DNA of 64,000 nt from a bacterium (GTDB taxonomy: Bacteria; UBA8248), in contig CBDATS010000005.1 of NCBI GenBank assembly GCA_965200245.1, positions 192,001-256,000 on the forward strand, in the 5' to 3' direction. The stretch's first letter is position 1. Every line of letters starts with the position of its first letter. A model generated the notes under the pieces. The model did not search any database and was not told the DNA's origin. It worked only from the letters and a program-made list of their open reading frames with translations. Shown here one piece after another: positions 38,208 through 49,012 of the stretch. The position numbers were made by a program, and so were the translations under genes.

Positions 38208-38975
38208 TCACCCCGCGGCGCCGCGGCCGCCGTCGACCACGATATGCTGGCCCGTGAGATAATCAGAAGCCGATGAGCACAGGAAAAGGGCCGCGCCCGT
38301 CAAATCCTCAGGTGCGCCCGCGCGGCCGGCAGGCGTTCGCGCGAAGACTTCCGCCATCTTCTCGGGATTGGCGAACAGACCCCCCGTCATCGGTGTCCTG
38401 GTGAGTTGCGGCCCCAAGGCGTTCACCTGGATATTGTGCGGTGCCCATTCGAGCGCCAGCGCACGCACGAGGGATACAACTGCCCCCTTGGTGGCGACAT
38501 AGGCGGCCTGGTTTGGCACGGCGCGCTCGGCTACCATGGAAGTGAGCAGGACTATCTTTCCGCCACTCTGGTCGACCATGACTTTCGCAGCTTCCTGCGC
38601 ACAGAAAAAAGCGCCGCGCACATTCGAAGCAAGGAGCGTGTCCACATCCTCTGGCGTGTGATCGAGCGCGGGTTTCACGATGTTGATCGCGGCGCTGTTC
38701 ACCATGACGTCAAGACCCCCGTGGCTCGATACCACCTCCCCCACGAGCGCTGAAACCGAGTCCGCGTCCCCTACGTCGCAGGATTGAAACTGCGCTTCAA
38801 GACCATCCGCCCGCAAGGCTTCGAGTGCTTCATCGCCTCGGTTCCTGGAACGGCCAGCGATTGTGACCCTCGCACCCGCGCCCGCGAGCGCCCTTGCAAT
38901 CGCCAGACCGATACCAGACGTGCCGCCCGTAACGACCGCGACGCGGCCTTCTATCCTGAACTGCTCTATCATCAT
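38208..38975 (-). CDS. SDR family oxidoreductase (gluconate 5-dehydrogenase-like)
   Basis: TGGTSGIG, NSAA and YVATK (YxxxK) motifs. Confidence 0.92.
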   Translation of the reverse strand: MMIEQFRIEGRVAVVTGGTSGIGLAIARALAGAGARVTIAGRSRNRGDEALEALRADGLEAQFQSCDVGDADSVSALVGEVVSSHGGLDVMVNSAAINIVKPALDHTPEDVDTLLASNVRGAFFCAQEAAKVMVDQSGGKIVLLTSMVAERAVPNQAAYVATKGAVVSLVRALALEWAPHNIQVNALGPQLTRTPMTGGLFANPEKMAEVFARTPAGRAGAPEDLTGAALFLCSSASDYLTGQHIVVDGGRGAAG

Positions 38976-38997
38976 TTCACTCCCGAAATCTCGATTG

Positions 38998-39807
38998 CTA
39001 CAGACGCGCTCTCAGATATTCCATCGTCCTGGTCGCCGCCGTTTCGAAATCGGGCTTCTGGGCCAGTTGGGCCGAGAGGTAGCCCGTATAGCCTATCTCC
39101 TTGAGCGCGCCTATAATCTCACTGAAGGGAATATGGCCTGAACCAGGGTAGGTGCGCGTGTTGTCGGCGACATGGAAGTAATCGATTCGCGCACCCGCCT
39201 CCCGGATCGCTTCCGCGAAAGAAGCGTCCTCGATGTTCATGTGGAAGCTATCGATCAGAAAACCCACCGCCTCATGGTTCATTTCGTCCAGAAACGCGAG
39301 GCCTTCCTGCGTGGACCGCACGAAGTTCGTGTTGAAACGGTGGTGCGGCTCGAAGAGCATTTTGATGCCGCGTTCCCCTGCCCTGTCGGCACCCGCGCGC
39401 AACCCGTCCCACATCCAAGCTTCGGACTCCGATCTTCGTTCGCCTTCGAGGAGATTCCCCCGGAAGCGACCGATGTTCACCGGACATCCCAGATCGGCCG
39501 CAAAATCTATGTGGCCGAAAAGCCGCTCGATCGCCTCAACACGCACGTCCGCTTCGGGATGGCAGAGTTCGATTTCGTCCTGATAGGAAATGGGAGCTGT
39601 GCCGATGAGGGAGACTTTGAGACCCGATTCCTCAAGCGTGCGATGCAGATCGTCGCGATCGAAAGCGCCCGCGTCACGTGTCGCGAGTTCCACGCCATCG
39701 AAACCCAGGTCTTTCAGGAACATCAGGTTGTCCCGGAACGCGCCACGCACCGCGGGCATGAGCGGCGTCGTCACGTCGGGCGTTGCGACCACGTAGCCGA
39801 TTTTCAT
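38998..39807 (-). CDS. sugar phosphate isomerase/epimerase (xylose-isomerase-like TIM barrel, IolO-like)
   Basis: GFDGVEL, FEP..RF, DSFHMNIED, HVADNTR.YPGSG and GY.GYLS motifs. Confidence 0.88.
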   Translation of the reverse strand: MKIGYVVATPDVTTPLMPAVRGAFRDNLMFLKDLGFDGVELATRDAGAFDRDDLHRTLEESGLKVSLIGTAPISYQDEIELCHPEADVRVEAIERLFGHIDFAADLGCPVNIGRFRGNLLEGERRSESEAWMWDGLRAGADRAGERGIKMLFEPHHRFNTNFVRSTQEGLAFLDEMNHEAVGFLIDSFHMNIEDASFAEAIREAGARIDYFHVADNTRTYPGSGHIPFSEIIGALKEIGYTGYLSAQLAQKPDFETAATRTMEYLRARL

Positions 39808-39994
39808 TCTGTACTGCCCCTTTCATTCCAGCATTCATCAAAATGTATCGCTGTCCCTCTTTCGTTTTCCCGGTGGATGCGGCGATACTATAGCCGCAAG
39901 GGCAGTACGGCGAAAGGGCGACCCAGCATTTTCCGGGCGAAGGCTATCCTGTAGCCTTGAGGCTTGATTCCACTCAAAACCGGAGAGCAAACTC

Positions 39995-40942
39995 ATGAGA
40001 GAAGACCAGAGGCTGCTTCACGGCGCGATTGACACTCACATCCACGCATCACCCAGCCTGTTCCCACGCGTCTGTGACCACATCGAGTGTGCACGCGGGG
40101 CGGCCTCAGTAGGCATGCGCGGCGTGGTCTTCAAGATACATCACGGCGACACGTCGGGACGCATCCCTCTCGTGCGTGAGGTAATGGGCGACGCCATCGA
40201 AATTTACGGCGGCATCACCCTCAACAGCCCGGTGGGCGGGTTCAACCCCTTCGCGGTGGATACCGCCATCAAGATGGGGGCGAAGATGGTGTGGATGCCC
40301 ACCATCAGTTCGCTGAACCACCTCGAGAAACTCGGCGCGCCGCATTTCCCGGGCATGAAGCAGACCAAAGGCGTGAACCTGAAGGAAGAAGGTCTCACCA
40401 TCTTCACCGACAAGAAGCGAACGGAAATACAAGAGGAAGTGAGAACGATCTGCAGACTTATCGCCGATGCGGGAATTTGCCTTAGCACAGGGCACCTGAG
40501 CGTGGACGAGGTGCGCGCCTTGATCCCCCTTGCGAAAGAGGAAGGAGTGAAACACATCATCGTCCAGCACCCGGAATATATCGTGGACGCATCGGCTGAG
40601 GAACAGGTGGAATTCGCAGAGATGGGGGCCTACATCGAGCATCTTGCGATCTTCTGTTTCACTCACTGGGGCGCGTATCCCACCGACAAGAACGCGCCGC
40701 CCATCTCCGTCAGGGAACAGGCGAAGATGGTGAGAGCCGTTGGCGCGGCCAGAACGATTCTGTCCACAGACCTGGGTCAACTCCATAACGCACCCCCCTG
40801 GGAAGGTCTGCGCGTGTTCGTTCAACTCATGCTGGAAAACGGAATAAAATCAGGAGAAATCGAGACCATGCTGCACAAAAACCCCGCCCGCGTACTCGGG
40901 CTTCCCCTGAAAGCCCCCACGCAGGGGGAGGAAGCGCCCTAG
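39995..40942 (+). CDS. metal-dependent hydrolase (DUF6282-like amidohydrolase fold)
   Basis: GAIDTHIH..P, VFKIH, VWMPT, TGHLS, QHP and STDLGQ motifs. Confidence 0.8.
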   Translation: MREDQRLLHGAIDTHIHASPSLFPRVCDHIECARGAASVGMRGVVFKIHHGDTSGRIPLVREVMGDAIEIYGGITLNSPVGGFNPFAVDTAIKMGAKMVWMPTISSLNHLEKLGAPHFPGMKQTKGVNLKEEGLTIFTDKKRTEIQEEVRTICRLIADAGICLSTGHLSVDEVRALIPLAKEEGVKHIIVQHPEYIVDASAEEQVEFAEMGAYIEHLAIFCFTHWGAYPTDKNAPPISVREQAKMVRAVGAARTILSTDLGQLHNAPPWEGLRVFVQLMLENGIKSGEIETMLHKNPARVLGLPLKAPTQGEEAP

Positions 40943-41037
40943 AGCAAGGAGGCGGTTCGCATACCGTCCCTGTCATGCTCGCTACCTGCAGGGACAGAAT
41001 CGCCACCTGCCCCTGCTTTGGTTCTCGAATCCGGATA

Positions 41038-42327
41038 CTACAGCCTGTACCCGGCCTCCCGAATAAATCGCGCGAGATTCCGCTTCGTTTCGTCCCCCAA
41101 ACTCTCGAACATCTCGATCGTGGCCTGTTTGCTGCCCTCGACCGCCGGCTGATCAAACGGGTTCACCTCGCGCAGAAGACCGCCGTAAACCGCCGCCCAC
41201 TGCCAAAGCGCAATCAAGCCGCATACGTCGGAGGCGGCAAGCGAGTCGAGCGTGAGCACAAAGTGGGGCGTCCCCCTGCTCTCCGCTTCGGCGACAACGC
41301 CCGCGTGTTCCATGTGAAGAAATTCTGTGCCACTCACCCCGCGTGTGAGGCACGCATCCTCACCGAAACTCCCGACGCACATGGAAAGCCCCACTACGTT
41401 CTCGCGCCCCCCGAAATACCTCTGGTTCGAGTGGTGCTGGCTCTCTGGCGCGCCTGCACAGAGAATCGTTTGCCCGCACCCGTCCTTGCAATAGCTCTCA
41501 TGGACAAGCTGCACGATGAGTTCGCCCACTCCCGAAAGCGCGTGGGCGTAAATCGGCATGAATATCTCCGTGTAGCCCGCGTTTTCTGCACGCCAGAGTT
41601 CGAGCGCGAGGTATTTCGCCATGTTCTCGCTTGAGGCTACGGAAACCTTGAGTTTTTCGTGGGTGTCTGCAAAGGCCGCATCTATCTCCCCGGCCAGGGC
41701 CGTGTTGCCGTCCAGCATCGCCAGGGGCAGAAGCGCGTTGTTCTGCGCGGCTGTAAAACGTCCGCCCACCTCGTCGGGATGCGGAAATGTGTCGAGATTC
41801 GCTTCTGCAACCATCAAGGCCAGCTTGCTCGGACCTGATGAAGTGATCGCCAGGGCTGGATAGCCACGTTCCATCAAAATGGCCGTTTCCTGAATCACGT
41901 TTTCGGTGTTGCCGGATTTGCTCACGGGAACGACAAGTGTGTTCTCGGGATTGAACGTGTCACCCCCCCGCAGCAACTCCCCAAACAGTCCACTCATGTC
42001 CGTTCCGTCGAGCAGATGCAGTTTTCGGGAAAACCCACGCCCTGAAAGCGCCAGATAGAGTGCCCACACGTTTCGTATCGACCCCCCGTTTCCGATAACG
42101 ACCAAGTGATCCTTTCCCTGTGCCGCCGCAAGTTTCTCCTCCATGCCCGCGACGTCCGCGCGTTCGGTGGCGAACCAGGGCTCCCCCGGTCCCGCCTGGT
42201 ATTGTGCTATTCGTTCGGCGCACCACGCAGGGTCGTCGAGCAAGTTTTTCTTCTCGCGCCAGAGGTCGCCTTTTCCTCTTTCGCCGATCGGCGTATCGAA
42301 ACCTTTCGTATACAGGTGAAGGCTCAA
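41038..42327 (-). CDS. pgi: divergent glucose-6-phosphate isomerase
   Basis: VIGNGGS, SKSGNT, VGGRFT, QLVHES..K, QHH..Q and NPFDQPAVEGSK motifs. Confidence 0.8.
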   Translation of the reverse strand: MSLHLYTKGFDTPIGERGKGDLWREKKNLLDDPAWCAERIAQYQAGPGEPWFATERADVAGMEEKLAAAQGKDHLVVIGNGGSIRNVWALYLALSGRGFSRKLHLLDGTDMSGLFGELLRGGDTFNPENTLVVPVSKSGNTENVIQETAILMERGYPALAITSSGPSKLALMVAEANLDTFPHPDEVGGRFTAAQNNALLPLAMLDGNTALAGEIDAAFADTHEKLKVSVASSENMAKYLALELWRAENAGYTEIFMPIYAHALSGVGELIVQLVHESYCKDGCGQTILCAGAPESQHHSNQRYFGGRENVVGLSMCVGSFGEDACLTRGVSGTEFLHMEHAGVVAEAESRGTPHFVLTLDSLAASDVCGLIALWQWAAVYGGLLREVNPFDQPAVEGSKQATIEMFESLGDETKRNLARFIREAGYRL

Positions 42328-42368
42328 AAGCGGACTCCTCTTTTCCTGAATGACGAGAATTGGCCTCT

Positions 42369-43229
42369 CTACGAAAGAGGCCCCTCATCGAGGTGGGCCT
42401 TCATACTGCGCAAGACAATGGGGATCAGGCCGGCACGGGGCAGACCCAGTCGCTCGAAAACGAACTCCGCCGCTTCTTCAGGCGATGCTTCGCCGCACTT
42501 TTGTGATGAAACCTCGCGGATCAGCGCGTCGATTTCCTTGAGATACTCCTGCCCGCTGTCGATATGGCGTGAGAACGCCTCACCGCGCGAGACGGCCCGA
42601 CTCATGGCGGAAAGCAGAACATTCGCCCCGTGAAGCGCTTTCAGCCTCTCGAGGCTCGCAATCGTGTCGCCCACGCAGTCATAGATCGGCAGCGTCCCGG
42701 GTTCCGGCAGCACATCCCCGCAGATGAGCGCACCATCTTCAGGGATGAAAAAAGAGAGACTCCCCGCAGAATGGCCCGGCGTGTGCAACACCCGCACGGC
42801 GACGCCGCCTGGCAATATTTCATCGCCCTCAGAGAGAAAACCGGTGAGCCTTATCGGTCCCGACACCGCATCGCGCATCCTTCCCACCGGACGGACACTG
42901 TTCTGATAGTCCAGGTCCTCGATCATCAGCCTTTCCGCCTCGGGACCCAGGAACTCAGGTCCCGCTCGATCGGCAATCAGGCCGTTCCCGCCGATATGAT
43001 CGAAATGAGAGTGCGTGAGCAGAACATGCGCTATCTCTGCAGGATTCCTGCCGATGGATTCGATGTAGGCGAAAATTTCCGGTGCTGTGGATGCGACGCC
43101 CGTATCGACCAAGGTGAGCGTATCGCCCGTGAGAATGTAGGACGTGACGAACCTCGGGATCCGCTCGCCTGCGGGCGTTTTGATCTCGAACTCCAGCCAG
43201 AGGCAATGCACGTGCGGCGTGATCTGCAT
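42369..43229 (-). CDS. MBL-fold metallo-hydrolase
   Basis: LVDTG, THSHFDHIGG, TPGHS and CGD motifs. Confidence 0.88.
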   Translation of the reverse strand: MQITPHVHCLWLEFEIKTPAGERIPRFVTSYILTGDTLTLVDTGVASTAPEIFAYIESIGRNPAEIAHVLLTHSHFDHIGGNGLIADRAGPEFLGPEAERLMIEDLDYQNSVRPVGRMRDAVSGPIRLTGFLSEGDEILPGGVAVRVLHTPGHSAGSLSFFIPEDGALICGDVLPEPGTLPIYDCVGDTIASLERLKALHGANVLLSAMSRAVSRGEAFSRHIDSGQEYLKEIDALIREVSSQKCGEASPEEAAEFVFERLGLPRAGLIPIVLRSMKAHLDEGPLS

Positions 43230-43516
43230 GGGATCATCCTTGACGATGGAGGAAAGGTGAATCGGTTCACCCGACACCGGAAATCTACCAAAACCGCAGG
43301 CTGCATGAAACGCCCTGCCCTGTCTCGCGAATCCCGGACCCGTTCGAACGGCGGGTGCTTGTTTCCTTTATTTTTCTCAAAATCCATAAAGTCTCATCTT
43401 TTCCTCGCCCCTATCTTGCTGTATAAAGCCGCTTTGCGGCGCGTCAGCCGGAAACCCACCTTGTTGGGCTGATACGGTCCGCAGCACCCGGAAAACACTC
43501 GTCTTGGGAGACGACG

Positions 43517-43939
43517 ATGAATACGACTGCCTTGAGCCTCACCATTCTCTCCATCCTGTGCTTCGGCGTCTGGGGATTCTTCATGAAGCTGGGCCAGGAA
43601 CGCCTGGGCGCCATGCCGCATCTCATGGGAATGGGTGTCACCACCGCCGTCGTAGTCGGACTCGCCATGGTGAGCAGGCAATTCCCGCTCCCGCCGATGC
43701 GCGCGGACGTCATGTGGCTGCCCGTGGTCGCCACACTGGCCACCTTGTTGGCGATGCTCTTTCTGGTGCTGGCCCTTGCGAAGGCAGAAGGCCAGACTGC
43801 GGGCGTGGTAGCGCTCTCGGCGCTCTATCCAGGTGTCACGGCGGTGCTGGCGGCGCTGTTCCTTGGTGAGGGTTTCACGCCCGCCAAAGTGGGCGGGCTC
43901 GTCTGCGCCGCTCTGGCCGCATACCTGTTCACCCGCTAG
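43517..43939 (+). CDS. small EamA-family membrane protein
   Basis: FGVWGFF.K and VVALSALYP.VT..LA..FLGE motifs, five TM segments. Confidence 0.85.
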   Translation: MNTTALSLTILSILCFGVWGFFMKLGQERLGAMPHLMGMGVTTAVVVGLAMVSRQFPLPPMRADVMWLPVVATLATLLAMLFLVLALAKAEGQTAGVVALSALYPGVTAVLAALFLGEGFTPAKVGGLVCAALAAYLFTR

Positions 43940-43956
43940 GCGGGGGCTTTTGAGCC

Positions 43957-46104
43957 ATGACCACGAAACGCGGACTTCGCATCGGCATCGACACGGGCGG
44001 CACTTTCACCGATGTGGTCGGTGTACGCTCGGACACCGGCGAGGTCTTCACCACCAAGACGCCGACGACACCCACCGACTTCAGCGAGGGACTGATTCAG
44101 GGCATCAGGAAAATCCTCTCCGAAACCAAGATTCGCCCTGCCATGGTGAACGGCGTGTTTCACGGGACGACGGTGGCGACGAACGCCATCCTGGAGCGCC
44201 GTTTCGAGGATCTGGGGTTCATCGTCACGGGCGGGTTCCGGCATCTTCTCGAGATCGGAGGTTCGAATGGCGCGGCGAAGGCCAATTATGCCGCCCCGCT
44301 GCTCCAGAAACCTGGAGACGCGCTGGTTTTCCCGGAACGTATCCGCGAGGCGAGAGAAAGAATCTCCGCATCGGGCGAGGTTCTCGAATCATTGAATGAG
44401 CAGGACGCGCTCAGGCTCGCCAAATGGTTCAAGGCGCAGGGAATCGGATCCGTGGGAGTGTGTCTCCTCCATGCCTACGCCAACCCGGTACACGAAGAAC
44501 TCATTCTCGAAGCATTCGAGCGCGAATACCCCGAATGTTTCGTGAGCATATCGAGCGAGGTCATCCCCGAGCCCGGCGAATACGAACGCGCCATCACCAC
44601 CCTGCTCGATGCGTGTATCAAACCGCGCATCAAGGCCTATATCGAGAGTGCCTCGAAAAAAATCGAGGACACGCTTGGCGGTACACCATTCATGATCATG
44701 AAGAGCAACGGAGGCGTCTCCACAGCGCGCGAGATCGCGAAACGGCCTATAGGCACCGTGCTCTCAGGACCTGCCGCGGGCGCGCTCTCCGCCGCCTTTC
44801 TGGGCAAACTCTCAGGCCATGAGCAGCTCATCACCCTGGACGGTGGCGGCACATCGACCGACATCGCCGTCATCGAGGGCGGGGAAGCGAAGCGCGCCAC
44901 CCGGCACCGGTTGGATGAATTTTATTTGAGAATACCGATAATCGATGTCGTCACCATAGGCACCGGAGGCGGATCCATCGCCTGGCGAAGCCCGGAGGGA
45001 AGGCTTCGCGTGGGTCCCCGCAGCGCGGGTGCGGACCCGGGTCCAATCTGTTACGGCAAAGGAGGTCAGGAACCCACCCTCACTGACGCGAACCTGCTCC
45101 TAGCACGAAGTCCGCTCCACCTGGCGGGTGGCGAGGTGAAGCTCAACAAGGCACTCGCCATGAAGGCCATGCGCGATCTGGCGCGCAGGTTCGACATGAA
45201 CCCTCACGAAATGGCCTCGGGCGTAGTCGAAATCGCTGCATGGAACCAGACCCACGCCGTGCGCCGTGCGACGGTGCAGCGGGGCATTTCTCCCAAAAAT
45301 TTCGCCTTGATGGCATTCGGCGGTTCAGGACCCTTGACTGCAGGTCTCGTGGCGGAACTCCTCGAAATCGACACCGTCATCGTTCCGCCTTTCGCGGGTA
45401 TGACGAGCGCCTTCGGTTTGGAAGTGGTCGATTTGGTGAACGACTACGCGGCGGCGCATTACCAATCCGAGGAAAGCCTTCAGCCCGAAGCCCTGGGCGA
45501 CGCCTATGAGAGGCTCGAAGCCCAGGCGTCGGCTGGACTCGAAAACGAGGGCATCCCCGTCCACAGGCGGATGATGCGGCGTACTGCAGAACTGCGCTAC
45601 CAGGGAGAGGCCACCGAAATCGAAGTCGACGTACCCGGCGGCTACCTCACCCCGCCTGTGCTGACAGAGATTTTCGAGCGCTTCCACACGCTCTACCAGC
45701 GCCGCTACACCTACAACCACAAGGGAAACCGCCCCGTGGAAATCGTGCACTTGCGCGTCACGGGAATCGGCCTGACGGAACCGCCCAACCTGCCACTCAT
45801 CCCCGCAGGCGACGACAGCCCGGAGGAAGCCTACAAGGGTGCGCGCCTAGTCTGGTTCAAGGAACTCGGCGGGTTTCACGATACGCCGGTCTACTACCGC
45901 GAGCGGTTGCTCGAGGGCAACTACATCCCCGGGCCCGCCATCGTCGAGAGCTTCGGCAGTACGACGACCATCTTCCCGAAGCAGGAAGCGCGGATGGACA
46001 GGTACGGGAACCTGGTGATTCGCTTTCGATCCGAAATCCTGGAACGCGACAGGCGCGCTGGAAGGCCGACGGGCGATCACGGGGTGGGAGCAGCCTGGAA
46101 ATGA
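43957..46104 (+). CDS. hydantoinase A / 5-oxoprolinase ATP-binding subunit
   Basis: DTGGTFTD, HGTTVATNA, SGPAAG, GGTSTD, GPRSAGADPGP and FGGSGP motifs. Confidence 0.93.
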   Translation: MTTKRGLRIGIDTGGTFTDVVGVRSDTGEVFTTKTPTTPTDFSEGLIQGIRKILSETKIRPAMVNGVFHGTTVATNAILERRFEDLGFIVTGGFRHLLEIGGSNGAAKANYAAPLLQKPGDALVFPERIREARERISASGEVLESLNEQDALRLAKWFKAQGIGSVGVCLLHAYANPVHEELILEAFEREYPECFVSISSEVIPEPGEYERAITTLLDACIKPRIKAYIESASKKIEDTLGGTPFMIMKSNGGVSTAREIAKRPIGTVLSGPAAGALSAAFLGKLSGHEQLITLDGGGTSTDIAVIEGGEAKRATRHRLDEFYLRIPIIDVVTIGTGGGSIAWRSPEGRLRVGPRSAGADPGPICYGKGGQEPTLTDANLLLARSPLHLAGGEVKLNKALAMKAMRDLARRFDMNPHEMASGVVEIAAWNQTHAVRRATVQRGISPKNFALMAFGGSGPLTAGLVAELLEIDTVIVPPFAGMTSAFGLEVVDLVNDYAAAHYQSEESLQPEALGDAYERLEAQASAGLENEGIPVHRRMMRRTAELRYQGEATEIEVDVPGGYLTPPVLTEIFERFHTLYQRRYTYNHKGNRPVEIVHLRVTGIGLTEPPNLPLIPAGDDSPEEAYKGARLVWFKELGGFHDTPVYYRERLLEGNYIPGPAIVESFGSTTTIFPKQEARMDRYGNLVIRFRSEILERDRRAGRPTGDHGVGAAWK

Positions 46105-47813
46105 ATGCAAACCCCATCGTGAGCGAAATCCTGGCGGGCTCGCTGCGCGCCATTGAGGAGGAAGTCGAAGACCTCCTTGCGCGCATCTGGCGAAGTCCGT
46201 CCCTGCGCGACGCGGGCGACTTCTCTGTCTGCCTGTTTGACCGCTTCGGACGCGCGCTCACCGGACGGGTGCTCGCCACAGGTCCCGCACCCGTCATCCG
46301 ATCGCATCCCGAGATGATTGAGGGCGACGTTTTTCTTCACAACGACCCCTATATGCCCCCGGCAGGACTGGGCGAAACCGCAGAACTCTGCCTCACACGT
46401 CCGCTGTTCGCAGATGACACGCTCATCGCTTTCCTGCAGATCAGGGGCCGCCACGACGACCTTGGCGGCACACTTCCCGGCGGGGCGAGCGTCGGGTCGC
46501 GCGAAAGCTACCACGAGGGTGTCCTCATCCCGCCTGTGCGCATATCGCGCGGCGATGAGACAATTGCGGACATCAAGACCCTGCTTTTGCGGAACAGTCG
46601 CCAGGCCCATCATTTAGGCGATGACATCGACGCGCAACTCGGTGCGCTGCGCGTCGGTGCGACACGCCTGAAAGAACTGACGAGGCGCTACGGGGCGGAA
46701 AATCTGACAGCCTGTTTCGCCGATTTGCTGAGAGAGTGCGAACTCGCGTTTCGCAGCCAACTCATCCCGCAGATTCCCGAAAAAAGCTGGACGGCCCAAA
46801 CCGCCGTCGAAACGGACGGCTTGAACGGGCCCCATGAACTCACCCTGAAACTCACACGGCGAAAAGATGTCCTGCACATCGAATTGGACGCAGCCCCTCA
46901 GGCACAAGGTCCCATCAACTGCCCGCTTGAAGGAGAAGGTACGCAATTCCTGACCCGCCTCCTCGCCCCCATGTTGCTGCACCTTCAAGGCGAGGGGAGC
47001 GAGACGCCCCTGAACGACGGCGCCTTGCGGGCATTCAGGATCCAGTTGCCCAGCACCGCTACCATACTCACCCCCCGCTTCCCCGCACCGACGGGCTTGA
47101 GATCGCTCACGCTTGGCAAGCTGCTCTCGGCGTTCGGCGAGGCGCTCTTCGAAGCCTCAGGCGGCCGGACGCCCACCGGTTTCGACAACCTGAGGACGCT
47201 CAGTTTCTGGGGACAGGATGAACAAGGCGACTTCCACCTGCTGAGGGAAGCTCTTGGCGCAGGCGCGGGTGCGCGCATGGAGGGGGACGGGGCATCCGCC
47301 GTTTCCCCGCTCGGCGCGACTGGCGGCATGCCCATCGAGGTGATGGAGGCACGCTACCCTGTGCGGGTCGAGTCGATGGGACTCACGCAGGATTCCGGAG
47401 GCGCGGGCTTGCGGCGTGGCGGTCTGGGCGTTTTTCGGGAATACCGGATGCTTTTCGACGGCGTATCGGCGAGCGCGGCAGGAAACGCCGAGGCGGGTCC
47501 CGCAGGCGCCGCCGGCGCATCCGCCGGAAAGCAATATGAAATACGCCGTCACTCCGGCAAAAAAAGCGCGCAAGCCCCTGCCGTCGGCGCCTCCACGACG
47601 TTTGCAAACGGCGATTTGATACGCGTCTCCACCCCCGGCGGCGGGGGATGGGGCGACCCCGAAAAGCGCGAACCCGAAGATGTGCGGGCCGACGTTCTGC
47701 GAGATTTCGTCTCGATCAGGGCAGCCGAGACTCTCTACGGCGTGGTTCTGGGCAAGGCGCCGGACTTCAGAATCGACGAGGACGCAACCCGAACACGCAG
47801 GCAAGGGAAATAA
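46101..47813 (+). CDS. hydantoinase B / oxoprolinase subunit with altered metal ligands
   Basis: RSP.LRD..DF, GDVFLHNDPY, EG..IPPV, PIEVMEARYP, DSGGAG..RGGLG and TPGGGGWGDP. ATGA overlap with the A subunit. Confidence 0.88.
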   Translation: MNANPIVSEILAGSLRAIEEEVEDLLARIWRSPSLRDAGDFSVCLFDRFGRALTGRVLATGPAPVIRSHPEMIEGDVFLHNDPYMPPAGLGETAELCLTRPLFADDTLIAFLQIRGRHDDLGGTLPGGASVGSRESYHEGVLIPPVRISRGDETIADIKTLLLRNSRQAHHLGDDIDAQLGALRVGATRLKELTRRYGAENLTACFADLLRECELAFRSQLIPQIPEKSWTAQTAVETDGLNGPHELTLKLTRRKDVLHIELDAAPQAQGPINCPLEGEGTQFLTRLLAPMLLHLQGEGSETPLNDGALRAFRIQLPSTATILTPRFPAPTGLRSLTLGKLLSAFGEALFEASGGRTPTGFDNLRTLSFWGQDEQGDFHLLREALGAGAGARMEGDGASAVSPLGATGGMPIEVMEARYPVRVESMGLTQDSGGAGLRRGGLGVFREYRMLFDGVSASAAGNAEAGPAGAAGASAGKQYEIRRHSGKKSAQAPAVGASTTFANGDLIRVSTPGGGGWGDPEKREPEDVRADVLRDFVSIRAAETLYGVVLGKAPDFRIDEDATRTRRQGK

Positions 47814-47858
47814 TTTCGTGCTTTCGTCCTCAAAGCATTGGATTCAAGATGCAGATGA

Positions 47859-48998
<1,140 letters not shown>

Positions 48999-49012
48999 GG
49001 GGCACACAAACA

